Shown in pieces: positions 19,415 through 29,536 of a DNA stretch of 64,000 nucleotides (positions are counted from its first letter, which is position 1; the number at the start of each line of letters is the position of its first letter). This DNA comes from an uncultured bacterium. GTDB taxonomy: Bacteria > Oederibacteriota > Oederibacteriia > Oederibacteriales > Oederibacteriaceae. Where the stretch lies: positions 672,001-736,000 of the forward strand of contig OZ218778.1 in NCBI GenBank assembly GCA_965112635.1. Direction: 5' to 3'. The position numbers were made by a program, and so were the translations under genes. A model generated the notes under the pieces. The model was not told the DNA's origin, did no database searches, and saw only the letters and a list, made by a program, of their open reading frames with translations.

Positions 19415-20026
19415 TCATTTGGACTTGAACCGGTATCCCTCGCTCCCGCGCTGGTTCATCAGCTCCACATCAATGGGGAAGGACATTTTGCACAGCATGG
19501 GCTGTCCATGGGCGTCCAGGGCCGGCTCAAAATGAGCGTTCTTGACCTTTTCCTCGATAAACTCATTCAAACCCTCATACCCTCCCATCACCACCTGGGA
19601 CCCCTGCACCTTTCCCTCGGTGTCGATATAGACCTCCACCATGACCACATAGTGAGAGTCGCCGTAGGACTTGGGCGGCATGGCGGACTTGGGCATGTTG
19701 GTGTAATACCCGAAAAGGCCATCCACCCACATGGGCTTTTGGGCTACCTGGGACGCGGAAGCATAGTCGCCCATGCGAGGTATAAGCCAGGGCGAACCGC
19801 CGTTGACCCGCTGGTAGTTGATGCCGCTTTCCTGCCTGTCGACCCTGGCCTCGGCCACCGGCGGAGGGGGCGTCTGCTCTTCGGACCTGGAAAGGTCCAG
19901 TTCAATATCTTTTGGCGTTGCCGGTAGCGGGGTTTTTAGCCACCAGACTAAGAGGACCAGGACGGCCAGATGGAACATGAGAGACAGGGTAAAATTCTGC
20001 AGGCCTTGTTGCATTCTTTTGGACAT
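19415..20026 (-). CDS. tonB: TonB-like energy transducer
   Basis: TM helix with S-x3-H (SLMFH), Pro-rich linker, TonB_C-like VEVYIDTEGKV...FEPA...GQP; follows exbB-exbD. Confidence 0.75.
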   Translation of the reverse strand: MSKRMQQGLQNFTLSLMFHLAVLVLLVWWLKTPLPATPKDIELDLSRSEEQTPPPPVAEARVDRQESGINYQRVNGGSPWLIPRMGDYASASQVAQKPMWVDGLFGYYTNMPKSAMPPKSYGDSHYVVMVEVYIDTEGKVQGSQVVMGGYEGLNEFIEEKVKNAHFEPALDAHGQPMLCKMSFPIDVELMNQRGSEGYRFKSK

Positions 20027-20048
20027 GGGTTTAGGTCCTTTTGGGGGA

Positions 20049-20459
20049 TTACTGCTCCGAGGCCAGGCCCACCCGGCTGGCTCCGGATGCCTTGATAGTA
20101 TCCAGCACGGTCACGACCTGTCCGTAGGGCAAACTGCGGTCAGCTGCCAGGGTCACATGAACATCCGGGTTCACTTTGACCGCCACGCTCAGGTTGTTCT
20201 TCAGGCCCGCCAGGTCTATCCTATCCTCTTTGAGGTAGAGCTCGCCCCGCTCTTTGAGGGTCACGCGGATATTGGCGGTCTCTCCCACGCCCTGGGTGAT
20301 CTTGGGCAGGTTGACCCGCAGGGTGGCCAGGGAAATGAAATGCGCGGTCACCATGAAAATGATGAGCAGGACCAGGGTGATGTCCACCATGGGCGTGATG
20401 TTGATGCCGACGATAAGGTCCTGGTCCGTGTCGTTGTGCCGCATACTATCTCCGTTCAT
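20049..20459 (-). CDS. exbD: ExbD/TolR biopolymer transport protein
   Basis: INITPMVDITLVLLIIFMVT, LAADRSLPYGQVVTVLD. Confidence 0.92.
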   Translation of the reverse strand: MNGDSMRHNDTDQDLIVGINITPMVDITLVLLIIFMVTAHFISLATLRVNLPKITQGVGETANIRVTLKERGELYLKEDRIDLAGLKNNLSVAVKVNPDVHVTLAADRSLPYGQVVTVLDTIKASGASRVGLASEQ

Positions 20460-21078
20460 TTTTGTTTTTGAGATGGGCCAGCAGGAGGCTGGTGATACTG
20501 TCGCAGTTGGAAATCACCACCTTGATACGGCTCAAAAAATAGTTGTTGGCCATGACCGCCGGGATGGCCACCAGGATACCGAAGGCCGTGGCAATAAGGG
20601 CCGAGGAAACGCCTGCCATGACCGCTGAAACGCTCGTGCCGCTGCTCACTGCCAGGTCATTAAACGCCTTGATGACGCCTAATACCGTGCCGAAAAGCCC
20701 GATAAAGGGCGCGTTGTTGCCCAGGGTGCCCAATATAATAAGGAACCTCTCCAACTTTTGCCTCTCCTGGGGAAAATGCGCGTCCATGATCTCGCTGACC
20801 GCATCCGGACCCTGCGCAAAGTTTTGCAGGCCTAAAACCGCCATCCTGGCCTCGATGCTCCGGGAGGAGCGGGCTACCGCCAGGGCCTGGGCGATATCCC
20901 CTTTTTGCAGGGTTTCCTCCAGCTTTTGCATGAGATCCGGGAAATTTTTTTCTTTGGTCTTCCTAAAAACCCTCCAGCGGTCGATCATGACCGCGATAGA
21001 GATAACGCTTGCGGCTACCAGCAGGTAGAGCACCCACACATCACCGATCAGCGCCAGTTTATGAAAAAGCTCTTCCAT
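20446..21078 (-). CDS. exbB: ExbB/TolQ/MotA proton channel protein
   Basis: LGTLGNNAPFIGLFGTVLGVIKAF, GVSSALIATAFGILVAIPA; SD AGGAGG. Confidence 0.92.
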   Translation of the reverse strand: MEELFHKLALIGDVWVLYLLVAASVISIAVMIDRWRVFRKTKEKNFPDLMQKLEETLQKGDIAQALAVARSSRSIEARMAVLGLQNFAQGPDAVSEIMDAHFPQERQKLERFLIILGTLGNNAPFIGLFGTVLGVIKAFNDLAVSSGTSVSAVMAGVSSALIATAFGILVAIPAVMANNYFLSRIKVVISNCDSITSLLLAHLKNKNERR

Positions 21079-21089
21079 CTAAATCCTCC

Positions 21090-22244
21090 TTACTTTTTGG
21101 GTTCCGGGACCACCAGGACGGAGTTCCAACCGCCGTAGTTGTCATGGATTCTTTCGCTGTTTTTAGGATCGTTGATATACAAGCTCTGGTTGATGATGTA
21201 CTTGTACTGGAAGGATCCCGGCACCATGTTCAATTTGATCTTGAAAAGCCCTCCGTCCGTCTTTTCCATCTTGTCGCACTCCTGGTCCCAGCCGTTGAAA
21301 TCGCCCACCACGGACACACTTAAGACAGGCTCCCCTCCGTCCTGCTGGTAGCTGAGCTCCACGGAGGTGGCCGGCTCGAACAAGCTCACCCGGTTGCGAC
21401 CGTTCCTTTTGCTGGCGTACAGGGCCTTGTCCGCGGCCGAGATGAGGTCATCGGCGGTGCGGGCGTCCCGGGGGAAGGTGGCCACGCCCATGCTGACCGT
21501 GATATAGCGCATCTGGTTGCCCTCCTGGACGCACACCGGATGGGTCTCGATCTCCCTCCGGATGCGTTCGGCCATTTCCATGGCCTCGCGCTTGGAGGTC
21601 TCGTGCAGGGCGAGGACGAACTCCTCCCCGCCGTAACGCGCCGCCAGGTCCGTGTCCCTGATCTCGTCCCGCAGGGTCGCGGCGATGTATTCCAGAGCGC
21701 AGTTGCCGGTCGGGTGGCCGTACTTGTCGTTGAATTCCTTGAAATGGTCCAGGTCCATCATGACCAGGGACAGGGCGCGGTGGTAACGCTCGGCCCTCCG
21801 CACCTCTTCCTTGAAACGCACATTAAAATACCGTAAATTGGCTAGGCCGGTCAAAAAATCCGTGAAAGCCATCTGGGTGAGCTGGTTGAGGGTCAGCCCC
21901 GGGTCTTCCTCCACGATGCCCCTGTCCTTCTCCACGTTCTCCAAAAGGTCGTTGGCCACGACCTTGATGCCCACAAGCCTGCCTAAATCCTTTTGCAGCC
22001 TGTCTTGGTGATTTCTGAGGGCTTCAAAAGTAGCCCGCGCCCTCTGCTCGTCTACGGAAAGGTCGGAAACCGCCAAAGCCAGGGCCTCGTAGTCCGGTTT
22101 GCCCAGGGCCTGGCTGTCGATCAAAAGCTGGATCTCGTTGGAATGCCGGCCCCCCAAAGCCAGGCTGCGTAGCAGACGCATGTCCACATTCTGGCTTTCC
22201 GCCCCAAAATCGACTTTATTCCCTTGTTTTTTACCAAGTGTCAT
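21090..22244 (-). CDS. diguanylate cyclase with C-terminal CBM48/AMPK-beta-like glycogen-binding domain
   Basis: TDFLTGLAN, DLDHFKEFNDKYGH, I-site RDTD, ARYGGEEF, ADKALYASKRNGRNRV; tail VSVVGDFNGWD...QYKYII...DPKN...DNYGGWNSVL. Start uncertain (22244 has SD AAGGA; ORF open to 22313). Confidence 0.88.
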   Translation of the reverse strand: MTLGKKQGNKVDFGAESQNVDMRLLRSLALGGRHSNEIQLLIDSQALGKPDYEALALAVSDLSVDEQRARATFEALRNHQDRLQKDLGRLVGIKVVANDLLENVEKDRGIVEEDPGLTLNQLTQMAFTDFLTGLANLRYFNVRFKEEVRRAERYHRALSLVMMDLDHFKEFNDKYGHPTGNCALEYIAATLRDEIRDTDLAARYGGEEFVLALHETSKREAMEMAERIRREIETHPVCVQEGNQMRYITVSMGVATFPRDARTADDLISAADKALYASKRNGRNRVSLFEPATSVELSYQQDGGEPVLSVSVVGDFNGWDQECDKMEKTDGGLFKIKLNMVPGSFQYKYIINQSLYINDPKNSERIHDNYGGWNSVLVVPEPKK

Positions 22245-22366
22245 GTAACTTTTCCTTTTCCGGCCGGGTAAAAAAAATGCTCGGTCCGTTCCCCTCATTA
22301 TAATCCACCCCAAGGTAAAACAAGCCGGCTATTATGCTAAAATCTTGTTGATTTATCAATCTCATT

Positions 22367-22455
22367 TTTCAGGTCTCCCCATGATCAGGTTCCCGGAGCC
22401 AGCCCCCTCTGGCAGAGGCGGGCAAGAGGACCCGGCTCCCTGTTGAGACCTGAAA
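22367..22455 (+). other. nested stem-loop in the 5' leader of the GH116 gene
   Basis: tttcaggtctc (22367-22377) pairs perfectly with gagacctgaaa (22445-22455); inner ggagcc/ggctcc and gccccctct-ggc-agaggcgggc. Confidence 0.6.
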
Positions 22456-22468
22456 TAAGGAGCGTCCT

Positions 22469-25048
22469 CTGCCTACTTTTAATTCAAAAAAATTCAGCTT
22501 TCAGACCCTTTACAGCGCAGAACAATCTCTGCACTTGGCCTTTCCCTTGGGAGGCCTGGGTGCCGGCTGTATCTGCCTGAACGGGATCGGCGGTTTACAG
22601 GATTTTTCCATACACCACAGGCCTGACACGACCGCCATGGCCGACGGCCAAGGCTCAAGGGACGCGGCCTGCGCCCTTCTCCATATCAAAGGCGTTCGGC
22701 CTGTGACCAAACTGGTCGAAGGCCCCCTGCCCCGGGCTAGGATCTACGACCAGGGCTTGCAGGCCCAGGGTTTCCGCAAAAGCGGCTTTGAGGGCCTGCC
22801 CCGTTTCAGCCGCTCGTCTTTTAAGGGACAATACCCTTTCGCTGAAGTGGACCTGAGCGACCCTGAAGTTCCGTTAAGGGTCAAGATCAGTGGGTGGAAC
22901 CCGTTCATCCCCCTGGATGATAAGAATTCCGGCATTCCTTGCGCCATACTGGAATACACACTGTCCAATCCTACCGGAAAAAAAGTAGACTATGATCTTT
23001 CCTACCACCTCTCGCATTTAGCTCAGGGCTCAGCCGGTCATGGGGCCGGCTCCCACAACGCTATGATCCCAGGAAAGGGAATATTTTTCTACAATACCGA
23101 CAAGCCGACCTCTGATAACTGTGGCAGCGCCAGCCTGACCGTGATCGGACACAAACCAGTGATCAAAACCATGTGGTTCAGGGGCGGTTGGTTCGATGCT
23201 TTCTCCGTGTTATGGCGGGAAATTTCCACGGGCTGTTTTAAGCCTAATACCGGGTCAGGCCGCCAAAAACTGGATGGCCGCAACGGCGGCTCTCTCCTGC
23301 TTTCCGGAAGCCTGGCCCCGGGCCGCACCATCACCTATCCCATTGTGATCACCTGGCATTTCCCGGTGAGCGCTTTGACCCAGGGCGGGTTAAAGCCCGG
23401 ACAAAAAGCGGACTGCGCCTGCGGTTGTTCCTGCAAACAGGCCAAGACCTGGAGCCCCTTTTACACGTCGCTTTGGAAAAACGCCCATGAAACGGCCCTG
23501 TATGTCGATAAACATTTTGTTTCGCTCAAAAAACGAACCCTGGCTTTCCAACAGGCCCTGTTCTCCTCCACCCTCCCCCCGGAAGTTTTGGATGCCGTTT
23601 CGGCTAACCTGGCCATCCTCAAATCTCCCACTGTGCTCAGGCAAAAGAACGGCAACCTTTGGGGCTGGGAAGGCTGTTTTCCCGACTCAGGCTGCTGCTC
23701 CGGTTCCTGCACCCACGTTTGGAACTATGCCCAGTCTTTCGCCCATCTTTTCCCTGCTGTGGAGCGCACCCTGCGCCGGCAGGAATATTGTTTCTCCATG
23801 AACTCCGCGGGCCACGTGCAATTCCGCAGCGCTCTGCCCGACGGCCCGGCCAACCATGATTTTCACGCGGCCGCCGACGGCCAGCTGGGCGGGGTCATGA
23901 AAGTTTTTAGGGACTGGCATATCAGCGGCGACACGGCCTGGATGGCCGGGTTGTATCCCCTGGTCAAACAAAGCCTGGACTATTGTATCCGCACCTGGGA
24001 CCCTGACCGCAAGGGCGCTTTGTTCGAACCCCACCACAACACCTACGACATCGAATTCTGGGGCCCGGACGGCATGTGCACAAGTATTTATTTGGGAGCC
24101 CTGTGCGCCTTTGTGGAAATGGCCAGGGCGTTGGGTAAATATCAGGAGGCGGCCACTTACTGGCTTTTGGCGGAAAAAACAGCCCGTTTTATGGATAAGC
24201 ATCTATTCAACGGCCGATATTATTTCCAGCAGGTGATGTTCACGGGCCTGCACCATACCTCTTTTACCCGGCTTATGGCCAAAGTGACTTCCCGCAGCAC
24301 CGCCGAGATGCGGCTTCTCCAACAGGAAGGGCCCAAATACCAATATGGGAGCGGCTGTCTGGCCGACGGCATCATCGGCGCCTGGATGGCCAAGCTCTAC
24401 GGAATCCGCCTTCCTTTGGATCAGGAACACGTCCGATCCGCCCTGCGCTCTATATTCAAGAACAACTTTAAAAAAGACCTTAACGATATTCCCAATACCC
24501 AGCGGCCCGGCTACGCCGTGGGCCACGAACCCGGCCTGCTCCTGTGTACCTGGCCCGGGGGCAACAAACCCACCCTGCCCTTCCCCTACTCGGACGAAGT
24601 CTGGACTGGCGTGGAATACCAAGTGGCTTCCCATCTCATCGAGGAAGGCATGGTACGGGAGGGTCTGAGCATTGTCAGAGGGGTGCGCCGGCGTTACAAC
24701 GGCATGACCCGCAACCCTTGGAACGAGTACGAGTGTGGCAGCTACTATGCCCGGGCCATGGCCAGCTACGCCCTGCTGGGTTCCTTGTCCGGGTTTCGCT
24801 ATTCCGCCATGGACAAGACCCTGTGGTTGGGCCCCAAACTCCGGAAACTCCCCTTTAGAACCTTTTTTTCCACTGCCTCGGGCTTTGGGGTCATCACATT
24901 GGAACACCGCCATCTCAAAATCGCGGTGATGGAGGGTAAATTGGCCATTAAAAAATTCTGTTTCAATTTCCAGGGAAAATATAAAGAGTGGATGCTGGAC
25001 CGGACCGTGAATCAGGGGAAACAGTTCTCTTTGAGAGGGCACTGGTAG
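22469..25048 (+). CDS. GH116 non-lysosomal glucosylceramidase-like beta-glucosidase, probable CTG start
   Basis: AFPLGGLGAG, WEGC...CSGSCTHVWNY, AADGQLG, HHNTYDIEFWG, YSDEVWTG, RNPWNEYECGSYYARAM; frame open to CTG 22469, 6 nt after TAAGGAG (first TTG at 22535). Confidence 0.9.
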   Translation: MPTFNSKKFSFQTLYSAEQSLHLAFPLGGLGAGCICLNGIGGLQDFSIHHRPDTTAMADGQGSRDAACALLHIKGVRPVTKLVEGPLPRARIYDQGLQAQGFRKSGFEGLPRFSRSSFKGQYPFAEVDLSDPEVPLRVKISGWNPFIPLDDKNSGIPCAILEYTLSNPTGKKVDYDLSYHLSHLAQGSAGHGAGSHNAMIPGKGIFFYNTDKPTSDNCGSASLTVIGHKPVIKTMWFRGGWFDAFSVLWREISTGCFKPNTGSGRQKLDGRNGGSLLLSGSLAPGRTITYPIVITWHFPVSALTQGGLKPGQKADCACGCSCKQAKTWSPFYTSLWKNAHETALYVDKHFVSLKKRTLAFQQALFSSTLPPEVLDAVSANLAILKSPTVLRQKNGNLWGWEGCFPDSGCCSGSCTHVWNYAQSFAHLFPAVERTLRRQEYCFSMNSAGHVQFRSALPDGPANHDFHAAADGQLGGVMKVFRDWHISGDTAWMAGLYPLVKQSLDYCIRTWDPDRKGALFEPHHNTYDIEFWGPDGMCTSIYLGALCAFVEMARALGKYQEAATYWLLAEKTARFMDKHLFNGRYYFQQVMFTGLHHTSFTRLMAKVTSRSTAEMRLLQQEGPKYQYGSGCLADGIIGAWMAKLYGIRLPLDQEHVRSALRSIFKNNFKKDLNDIPNTQRPGYAVGHEPGLLLCTWPGGNKPTLPFPYSDEVWTGVEYQVASHLIEEGMVREGLSIVRGVRRRYNGMTRNPWNEYECGSYYARAMASYALLGSLSGFRYSAMDKTLWLGPKLRKLPFRTFFSTASGFGVITLEHRHLKIAVMEGKLAIKKFCFNFQGKYKEWMLDRTVNQGKQFSLRGHW

Positions 25049-25110
25049 GCCCCCGGACTTTTACGTAAAAGCCGCCATTTTTGTTATGAAAACCCCGTTG
25101 TTTCGCGTCC

Positions 25111-25139
25111 TTGACACCCAACGGCGGTTTGGTTATCCT
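25111..25139 (+). promoter_or_regulatory. putative sigma70 promoter of acs
   Basis: TTGACA (25111-25116)-17 nt-TATCCT (25134-25139). Confidence 0.55.
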
Positions 25140-25302
25140 TGAGTTGTTTTAAATTCACCCAAAATTTGGCATCATAACCGGTTTTAAAAGTCCTTCTGTT
25201 CCATCGCCAGGACCAAAAAAAACCCGGAAAAAACAGTCGAAGGTATTCCCATTCCTTTTAATAAGGTTTGGAATCCTAATTTTATACAAGGAGGTTCGTG
25301 TT

Positions 25303-27300
25303 ATGGCACCAAAACCTAAAGAATCGGAGACTCTGGATAAATTTTCCTCAGTGTCCGCTGACGCGCTCAAAACTCTGCTGACGGAAAAGAGGACTTTCAA
25401 GCCGCCCAAGAGTTTCGTCAAGCAGGCCCTCGTCAAAACCGCGGCCGTCTATGCCAAGGCCAAGAAAGACCCGGTGAAGTTCTGGGCGTCGTTCGCCAAG
25501 GAACTGGCCTGGTTCAAGCCCTGGAAAAAGGCCATGGTCTGGGATGAGCCCCATGTGAAATGGTTCGACGGCGGCAAGATCAATGTTTCCTACAACTGCC
25601 TGGACCGCCACCTGGGTACTCCAACCCAGAACAAAGCCGCCATCATTTTTGAGGGCGAGGACGGCACCGACAAGGTCCTCACCTACCGCGACCTGTGGAG
25701 AGAGGTCAATCGGTTCAGCCATGTGCTCAAGAAACTCGGCGTCAATAAAGGCGACCGGGTGGCCATCTACCTGCCCATGATACCCGAAGCGGCCATAACC
25801 ATGCTGGCCTGCACTAGGATCGGCGCTCCGCATTCCATCGTGTTCGGAGGGTTCGCTCCCGAGTCTTTGCGCGACCGCATCAACGATTGCGAAGCCAAGA
25901 TCCTCATCACCGCGGACGGCGGCTACCGCCGGGGCGGCATTGTCCAGCTCAAGAAAAACTCCGACATCGCCGCTGCCCAGTGCCCCACCATCCAGAACGT
26001 GGTCGTGGTCCAGAGAATGGGCGCAAAAATGGAATGCCCCATGCAAGTGGGACGCGACCTGTGGTACCACGAATTGATGGCCCAGGCTCCGGCCACGCCC
26101 TTTCCCTGCGAGCAGATGGACAGCGAAGACATGCTCTTCCTTTTATATACCAGCGGCACGACCGGCAAGCCCAAAGGCATTGTCCATACCACCGGTGGGT
26201 ATTTGACGGGCGTCTACGCCACCACCAAATGGATATTTGACATCAAGGATACGGATGTTTACTGGTGTACGGCCGATATCGGCTGGGTCACAGGCCACAG
26301 CTACATCGTCTACGGCCCCCTGGCTAACGGCGCCACCACCGTGATCTATGAGGGTTCCCCGGACTGGCCAGACAAAGACAGATTCTGGGCCATCATCGAA
26401 AAATACGGTGTCACCATCCTTTACACCGCGCCGACCGCCATCCGCACCTTTATGAAATGGGGTGTGGAATATCCCCAGAAACACGACATGAGCAGCCTGA
26501 GGCTTTTGGGCAGCGTGGGCGAACCCATCAACCCCGAGGCCTGGATGTGGTATTACGAGCATATCGGCGGTAAACGCTGCCCCATCGTGGATACCTGGTG
26601 GCAGACCGAGACCGGCCATATCCTCATTGCTCCTCTGCCCGGCGTAGTCACGTTAAAGCCGGCTTCAGCCACCTTCCCCTTCCCCGGCATCGACGCCGAG
26701 GTCGTGGATGAGAATGGCAAGGTCGTGCCTCTGGGCGGCGGCGGATATCTGGTCATCAAAAAACCCTGGCCCGGAATGGTCAGGACCATCTATAAGGATG
26801 ACGCCCGTTATGCCAGCCAGTACTGGGGCAGGATGAAGAACGTGTATACGACCGGCGACGGCGCCAAGAGGGACAAGGAAGGTTATTACTGGCTCCTCGG
26901 ACGCATCGACGATGTGGTCAATGTTTCCGGCCACCGCATCAGCACCATGGAAGTGGAAAGCGCCCTGGTGGACCATCCCAAGGTCGCGGAAGCGGCCGTG
27001 GTCGGCAAGGCCCATGACGTCAAAGGACAGGCTTTGTCAGCTTTCGTCACGGTCAAGAACTCAGTGACCGTCACCCCGGAACTGAAAAAAGAACTGATGG
27101 ACCATGTGGTCAAAAAGATCGGCCCCATCGCCCGTCCGGACGATATCTTCTTTACCGCCGACCTTCCCAAGACCCGCAGCGGCAAGATCATGCGCCGGCT
27201 TTTGAGGGATATCGCGGAAGGCAGGGCCCTGGGCGACACCACCACCCTGGCTGATCCCAATGTCGTGGCCAAGCTCAAAGAAGGATATAAAGAAGATTAA
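25303..27300 (+). CDS. acs: acetyl-CoA synthetase (AMP-forming)
   Basis: [57 protein letters not shown]; SD AAGGAGG. Confidence 0.97.
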   Translation: MAPKPKESETLDKFSSVSADALKTLLTEKRTFKPPKSFVKQALVKTAAVYAKAKKDPVKFWASFAKELAWFKPWKKAMVWDEPHVKWFDGGKINVSYNCLDRHLGTPTQNKAAIIFEGEDGTDKVLTYRDLWREVNRFSHVLKKLGVNKGDRVAIYLPMIPEAAITMLACTRIGAPHSIVFGGFAPESLRDRINDCEAKILITADGGYRRGGIVQLKKNSDIAAAQCPTIQNVVVVQRMGAKMECPMQVGRDLWYHELMAQAPATPFPCEQMDSEDMLFLLYTSGTTGKPKGIVHTTGGYLTGVYATTKWIFDIKDTDVYWCTADIGWVTGHSYIVYGPLANGATTVIYEGSPDWPDKDRFWAIIEKYGVTILYTAPTAIRTFMKWGVEYPQKHDMSSLRLLGSVGEPINPEAWMWYYEHIGGKRCPIVDTWWQTETGHILIAPLPGVVTLKPASATFPFPGIDAEVVDENGKVVPLGGGGYLVIKKPWPGMVRTIYKDDARYASQYWGRMKNVYTTGDGAKRDKEGYYWLLGRIDDVVNVSGHRISTMEVESALVDHPKVAEAAVVGKAHDVKGQALSAFVTVKNSVTVTPELKKELMDHVVKKIGPIARPDDIFFTADLPKTRSGKIMRRLLRDIAEGRALGDTTTLADPNVVAKLKEGYKED

Positions 27301-27386
27301 TAGGCCCCACAAGTTATATATAAAGAAAAGGGCCTATTACTCCGAGACGCCTTGGCGTCGAGGAGCTACCGGAAGTTAATGTTGTG

Positions 27387-27427
27387 ACCCCGTCTTTTGC
27401 CTAAAAACGAAAGACGGGGTTTTTTTG
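27387..27427 (+). terminator. intrinsic terminator after acs
   Basis: accccgtcttt...aaagacggggt followed by a T run. Confidence 0.8.
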
Positions 27428-27461
27428 TAATGCATCCCGGAAATTTAAGGAGCACAAACCC

Positions 27462-28325
27462 ATGTCGCTGATACAGATCTCGATCCTGGCTGTGATCCAG
27501 GGCATTGCCGAACTTCTGCCCGTCTCCAGCTCCGCCCATGTGATCGTGGCTGAAAAACTGATGGGCCTGCAACCGTCCTCCCCGGAAATGACCATGCTGT
27601 TGGTCATGCTTCATACCGGCACCATGTTCGCTGTTCTGGTCTATTTCTGGAAAAAATGGAAGGCCAGCTTTTTCCAGACAGGGAAAATGGCGGGCAATTT
27701 TTTGGTCCAGGTCCTGGTGGCCACCGTGGCCACCGGAGTGGTCGGCGTGTTTTTGCAGAAGATAATAGAAAAAATCATTTTGCGACATGTTCTGCACGCT
27801 GAAATAGAAATGATCTTTGACAGTCTGACCCTGATCGCCTGTGCTTTGGCCTGCGTAGGGATATTGATCATCTTGGCGGATCGAAGAGCCGGTAAGTCAT
27901 CCGGCAACGCCGAACTGACTCCCCGCTCTTCCCTGTGGATAGGCGCGCTCCAGGGCATCTGCCTGCCTTTTCGGGGTTTTTCCCGCTCCGGCGCGACCAT
28001 CTCCACCGGTCTGCTCTTAGGGCTGGCCCGGATGAAGGCCGAAGAGTTCAGTTTTGCCCTGGCTGTGGTCCTGACCCCGCCTGTCATCGCCCGCGAAGCG
28101 TGGCGGCTGCTCAAAAACCAGGCGCAAACAGGCGTTACGACCGGTCCCGGCCTCTTGTCTTTATTTTTTCCCAGCCTGCTGGGCATGGTCCTGAGCTTTA
28201 CGGCCGGCCTGCTGGCTCTAGCCTGGCTTTCCCGCTGGCTGGAGCAGGGCCGCTGGAAATTTTTCGGTTATTATTGCCTGGCGGCTGCTGTGGCCGTGGG
28301 GACTTTGGGTTGGTGCGGGTTTTAG
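27462..28325 (+). CDS. uppP: undecaprenyl-diphosphate phosphatase
   Basis: QGIAELLPVSSSAH, LHTGT, GFSRSGATI, AEEFSFAL. Confidence 0.92.
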   Translation: MSLIQISILAVIQGIAELLPVSSSAHVIVAEKLMGLQPSSPEMTMLLVMLHTGTMFAVLVYFWKKWKASFFQTGKMAGNFLVQVLVATVATGVVGVFLQKIIEKIILRHVLHAEIEMIFDSLTLIACALACVGILIILADRRAGKSSGNAELTPRSSLWIGALQGICLPFRGFSRSGATISTGLLLGLARMKAEEFSFALAVVLTPPVIAREAWRLLKNQAQTGVTTGPGLLSLFFPSLLGMVLSFTAGLLALAWLSRWLEQGRWKFFGYYCLAAAVAVGTLGWCGF

Positions 28326-28350
28326 TCTAAGTTAATTTTAGCCAGGAAAT

Positions 28351-28385
28351 AAAAAGGACGGGAAATAGCTTTCCCGTCCTTTTTT
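28351..28385. terminator. bidirectional intrinsic terminator between uppP and satP
   Basis: aaaaaggacgggaaa-tagc-tttcccgtcctttttt between convergent genes. Confidence 0.88.
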
Positions 28386-28397
28386 AATTGCTTTGTA

Positions 28398-28985
28398 TTA
28401 CTTTTTGACCGGACAAACAGGTAATACGACCTTGCCATACACTTCGTTCAAGACCTGGGCCAGGCCCGTATAGATAGCCGAAAAACCGCACAGGATCCCC
28501 TCATAGCCCGCGATGGTCTTGACCGTCGCGTCCCCGGCAGCGTCCCCCCACGACAGCAGGAAGAACAGGATGAACAAACTCCCAAAAACGACCTGCAGGG
28601 CGCGGTTGATCTTCAGGGTGCCGATGAACATGACAAAAGTGAACAGCCCCCACATGAAAAGGTAGGCCGCCATGGCGCCGGGAGTGGCCGCGTCGATCCA
28701 GTTGAGCTTAGGCATCACGATCAACCCTACGAGGGTCAGCCAGAAAAAACCGTACGAGGCGAACGCCGTGGTGCCGAAGGTGTTGCCCTTTTTGTATTCC
28801 ATGATGCCCGCGATAATCTGGGCCAAACCTCCGTAAAAGATGCCCATGGCCAGGATCATGCTGTCCAGCCCCGTGTAACCCGCGTTGTGGATATTGAGCA
28901 GGACCGTGGTCATCCCGAACCCCAAAAGCCCCAGCGGAGCCGGGTTGGCCGTGGTGTCCTTGACTTGCATTTCACTGCTTGCCAT
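28398..28985 (-). CDS. satP: acetate uptake transporter (GPR1/FUN34/YaaH)
   Basis: [42 protein letters not shown]. Confidence 0.95.
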   Translation of the reverse strand: MASSEMQVKDTTANPAPLGLLGFGMTTVLLNIHNAGYTGLDSMILAMGIFYGGLAQIIAGIMEYKKGNTFGTTAFASYGFFWLTLVGLIVMPKLNWIDAATPGAMAAYLFMWGLFTFVMFIGTLKINRALQVVFGSLFILFFLLSWGDAAGDATVKTIAGYEGILCGFSAIYTGLAQVLNEVYGKVVLPVCPVKK

Positions 28986-29107
28986 TGCCTATCCTCCTTT
29001 TTGACGATTTTTAGCCCATCGGTTGATGGGATCTAACAGGGGTAAGTGTACCATACCTCCCGTTAAAAGGCATTTTGCGGAAAATGCGGTTTTAATATCA
29101 TTCTAAT

Positions 29108-29135
29108 GGAACTTTTCAGGGTTTGGGTTGTCTAA
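29108..29135 (+). promoter_or_regulatory. ECF sigma (sigmaE/AlgU-type) promoter
   Basis: GGAACTT (29108-29114)-16 nt-TCTAA (29131-29135) matches GAACTT-N16-TCTRA; 56 nt upstream of ATG 29192. Confidence 0.65.
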
Positions 29136-29191
29136 AAATCGGAATAAGCGGCTGAAAAAAGGCCGCGGAAAAGAACGAGGAGGCAAGGAAA

Positions 29192-29536
29192 ATGGAAAAT
29201 ATCTCCCGGTTCGTCCCCCTCAAGGAGGGCTACAACCGGTTTTTTGACACCTTTCAAAAGGTCATAGTGGAGAAAAGGAGCAACGGTTTCCACGTGGTCG
29301 GCACGGACCGCCGCCGCCAGAACGTCTCCGTGCCCGAGGAGCGCCGCAAACTCCCCGATGGCAACAGCTCCAACTTTATCAACTTGGGCAACGGGCTTTA
29401 TTACGACACCAGCCAGAACGCCATCATGAAAAAATCCGGCGCCCGGATGATGCTCTACTGCCGTGACCGCCGCAAAGTCCCGGGCACGGTCCCTGTGGAA
29501 CGGCGGATCAACCCCTACCAGTACCTGGTCGCCTGA
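29192..29536 (+). CDS. hypothetical protein with two DRR...ERR modules
   Basis: SD GAGGAGG; FVPLKEGYNRFFD...VIVEKRS...DRRR...ERRK and FINLGNGLYYD...AIMKKSG...DRRK...ERR. Confidence 0.85.
   Translation: MENISRFVPLKEGYNRFFDTFQKVIVEKRSNGFHVVGTDRRRQNVSVPEERRKLPDGNSSNFINLGNGLYYDTSQNAIMKKSGARMMLYCRDRRKVPGTVPVERRINPYQYLVA

Noticed and set aside
22367-22455. SRP RNA, 6S RNA or tRNA-Sec
   Set aside because: Lacks the SRP helix-8 motif on both strands, too short for 6S, no cloverleaf.
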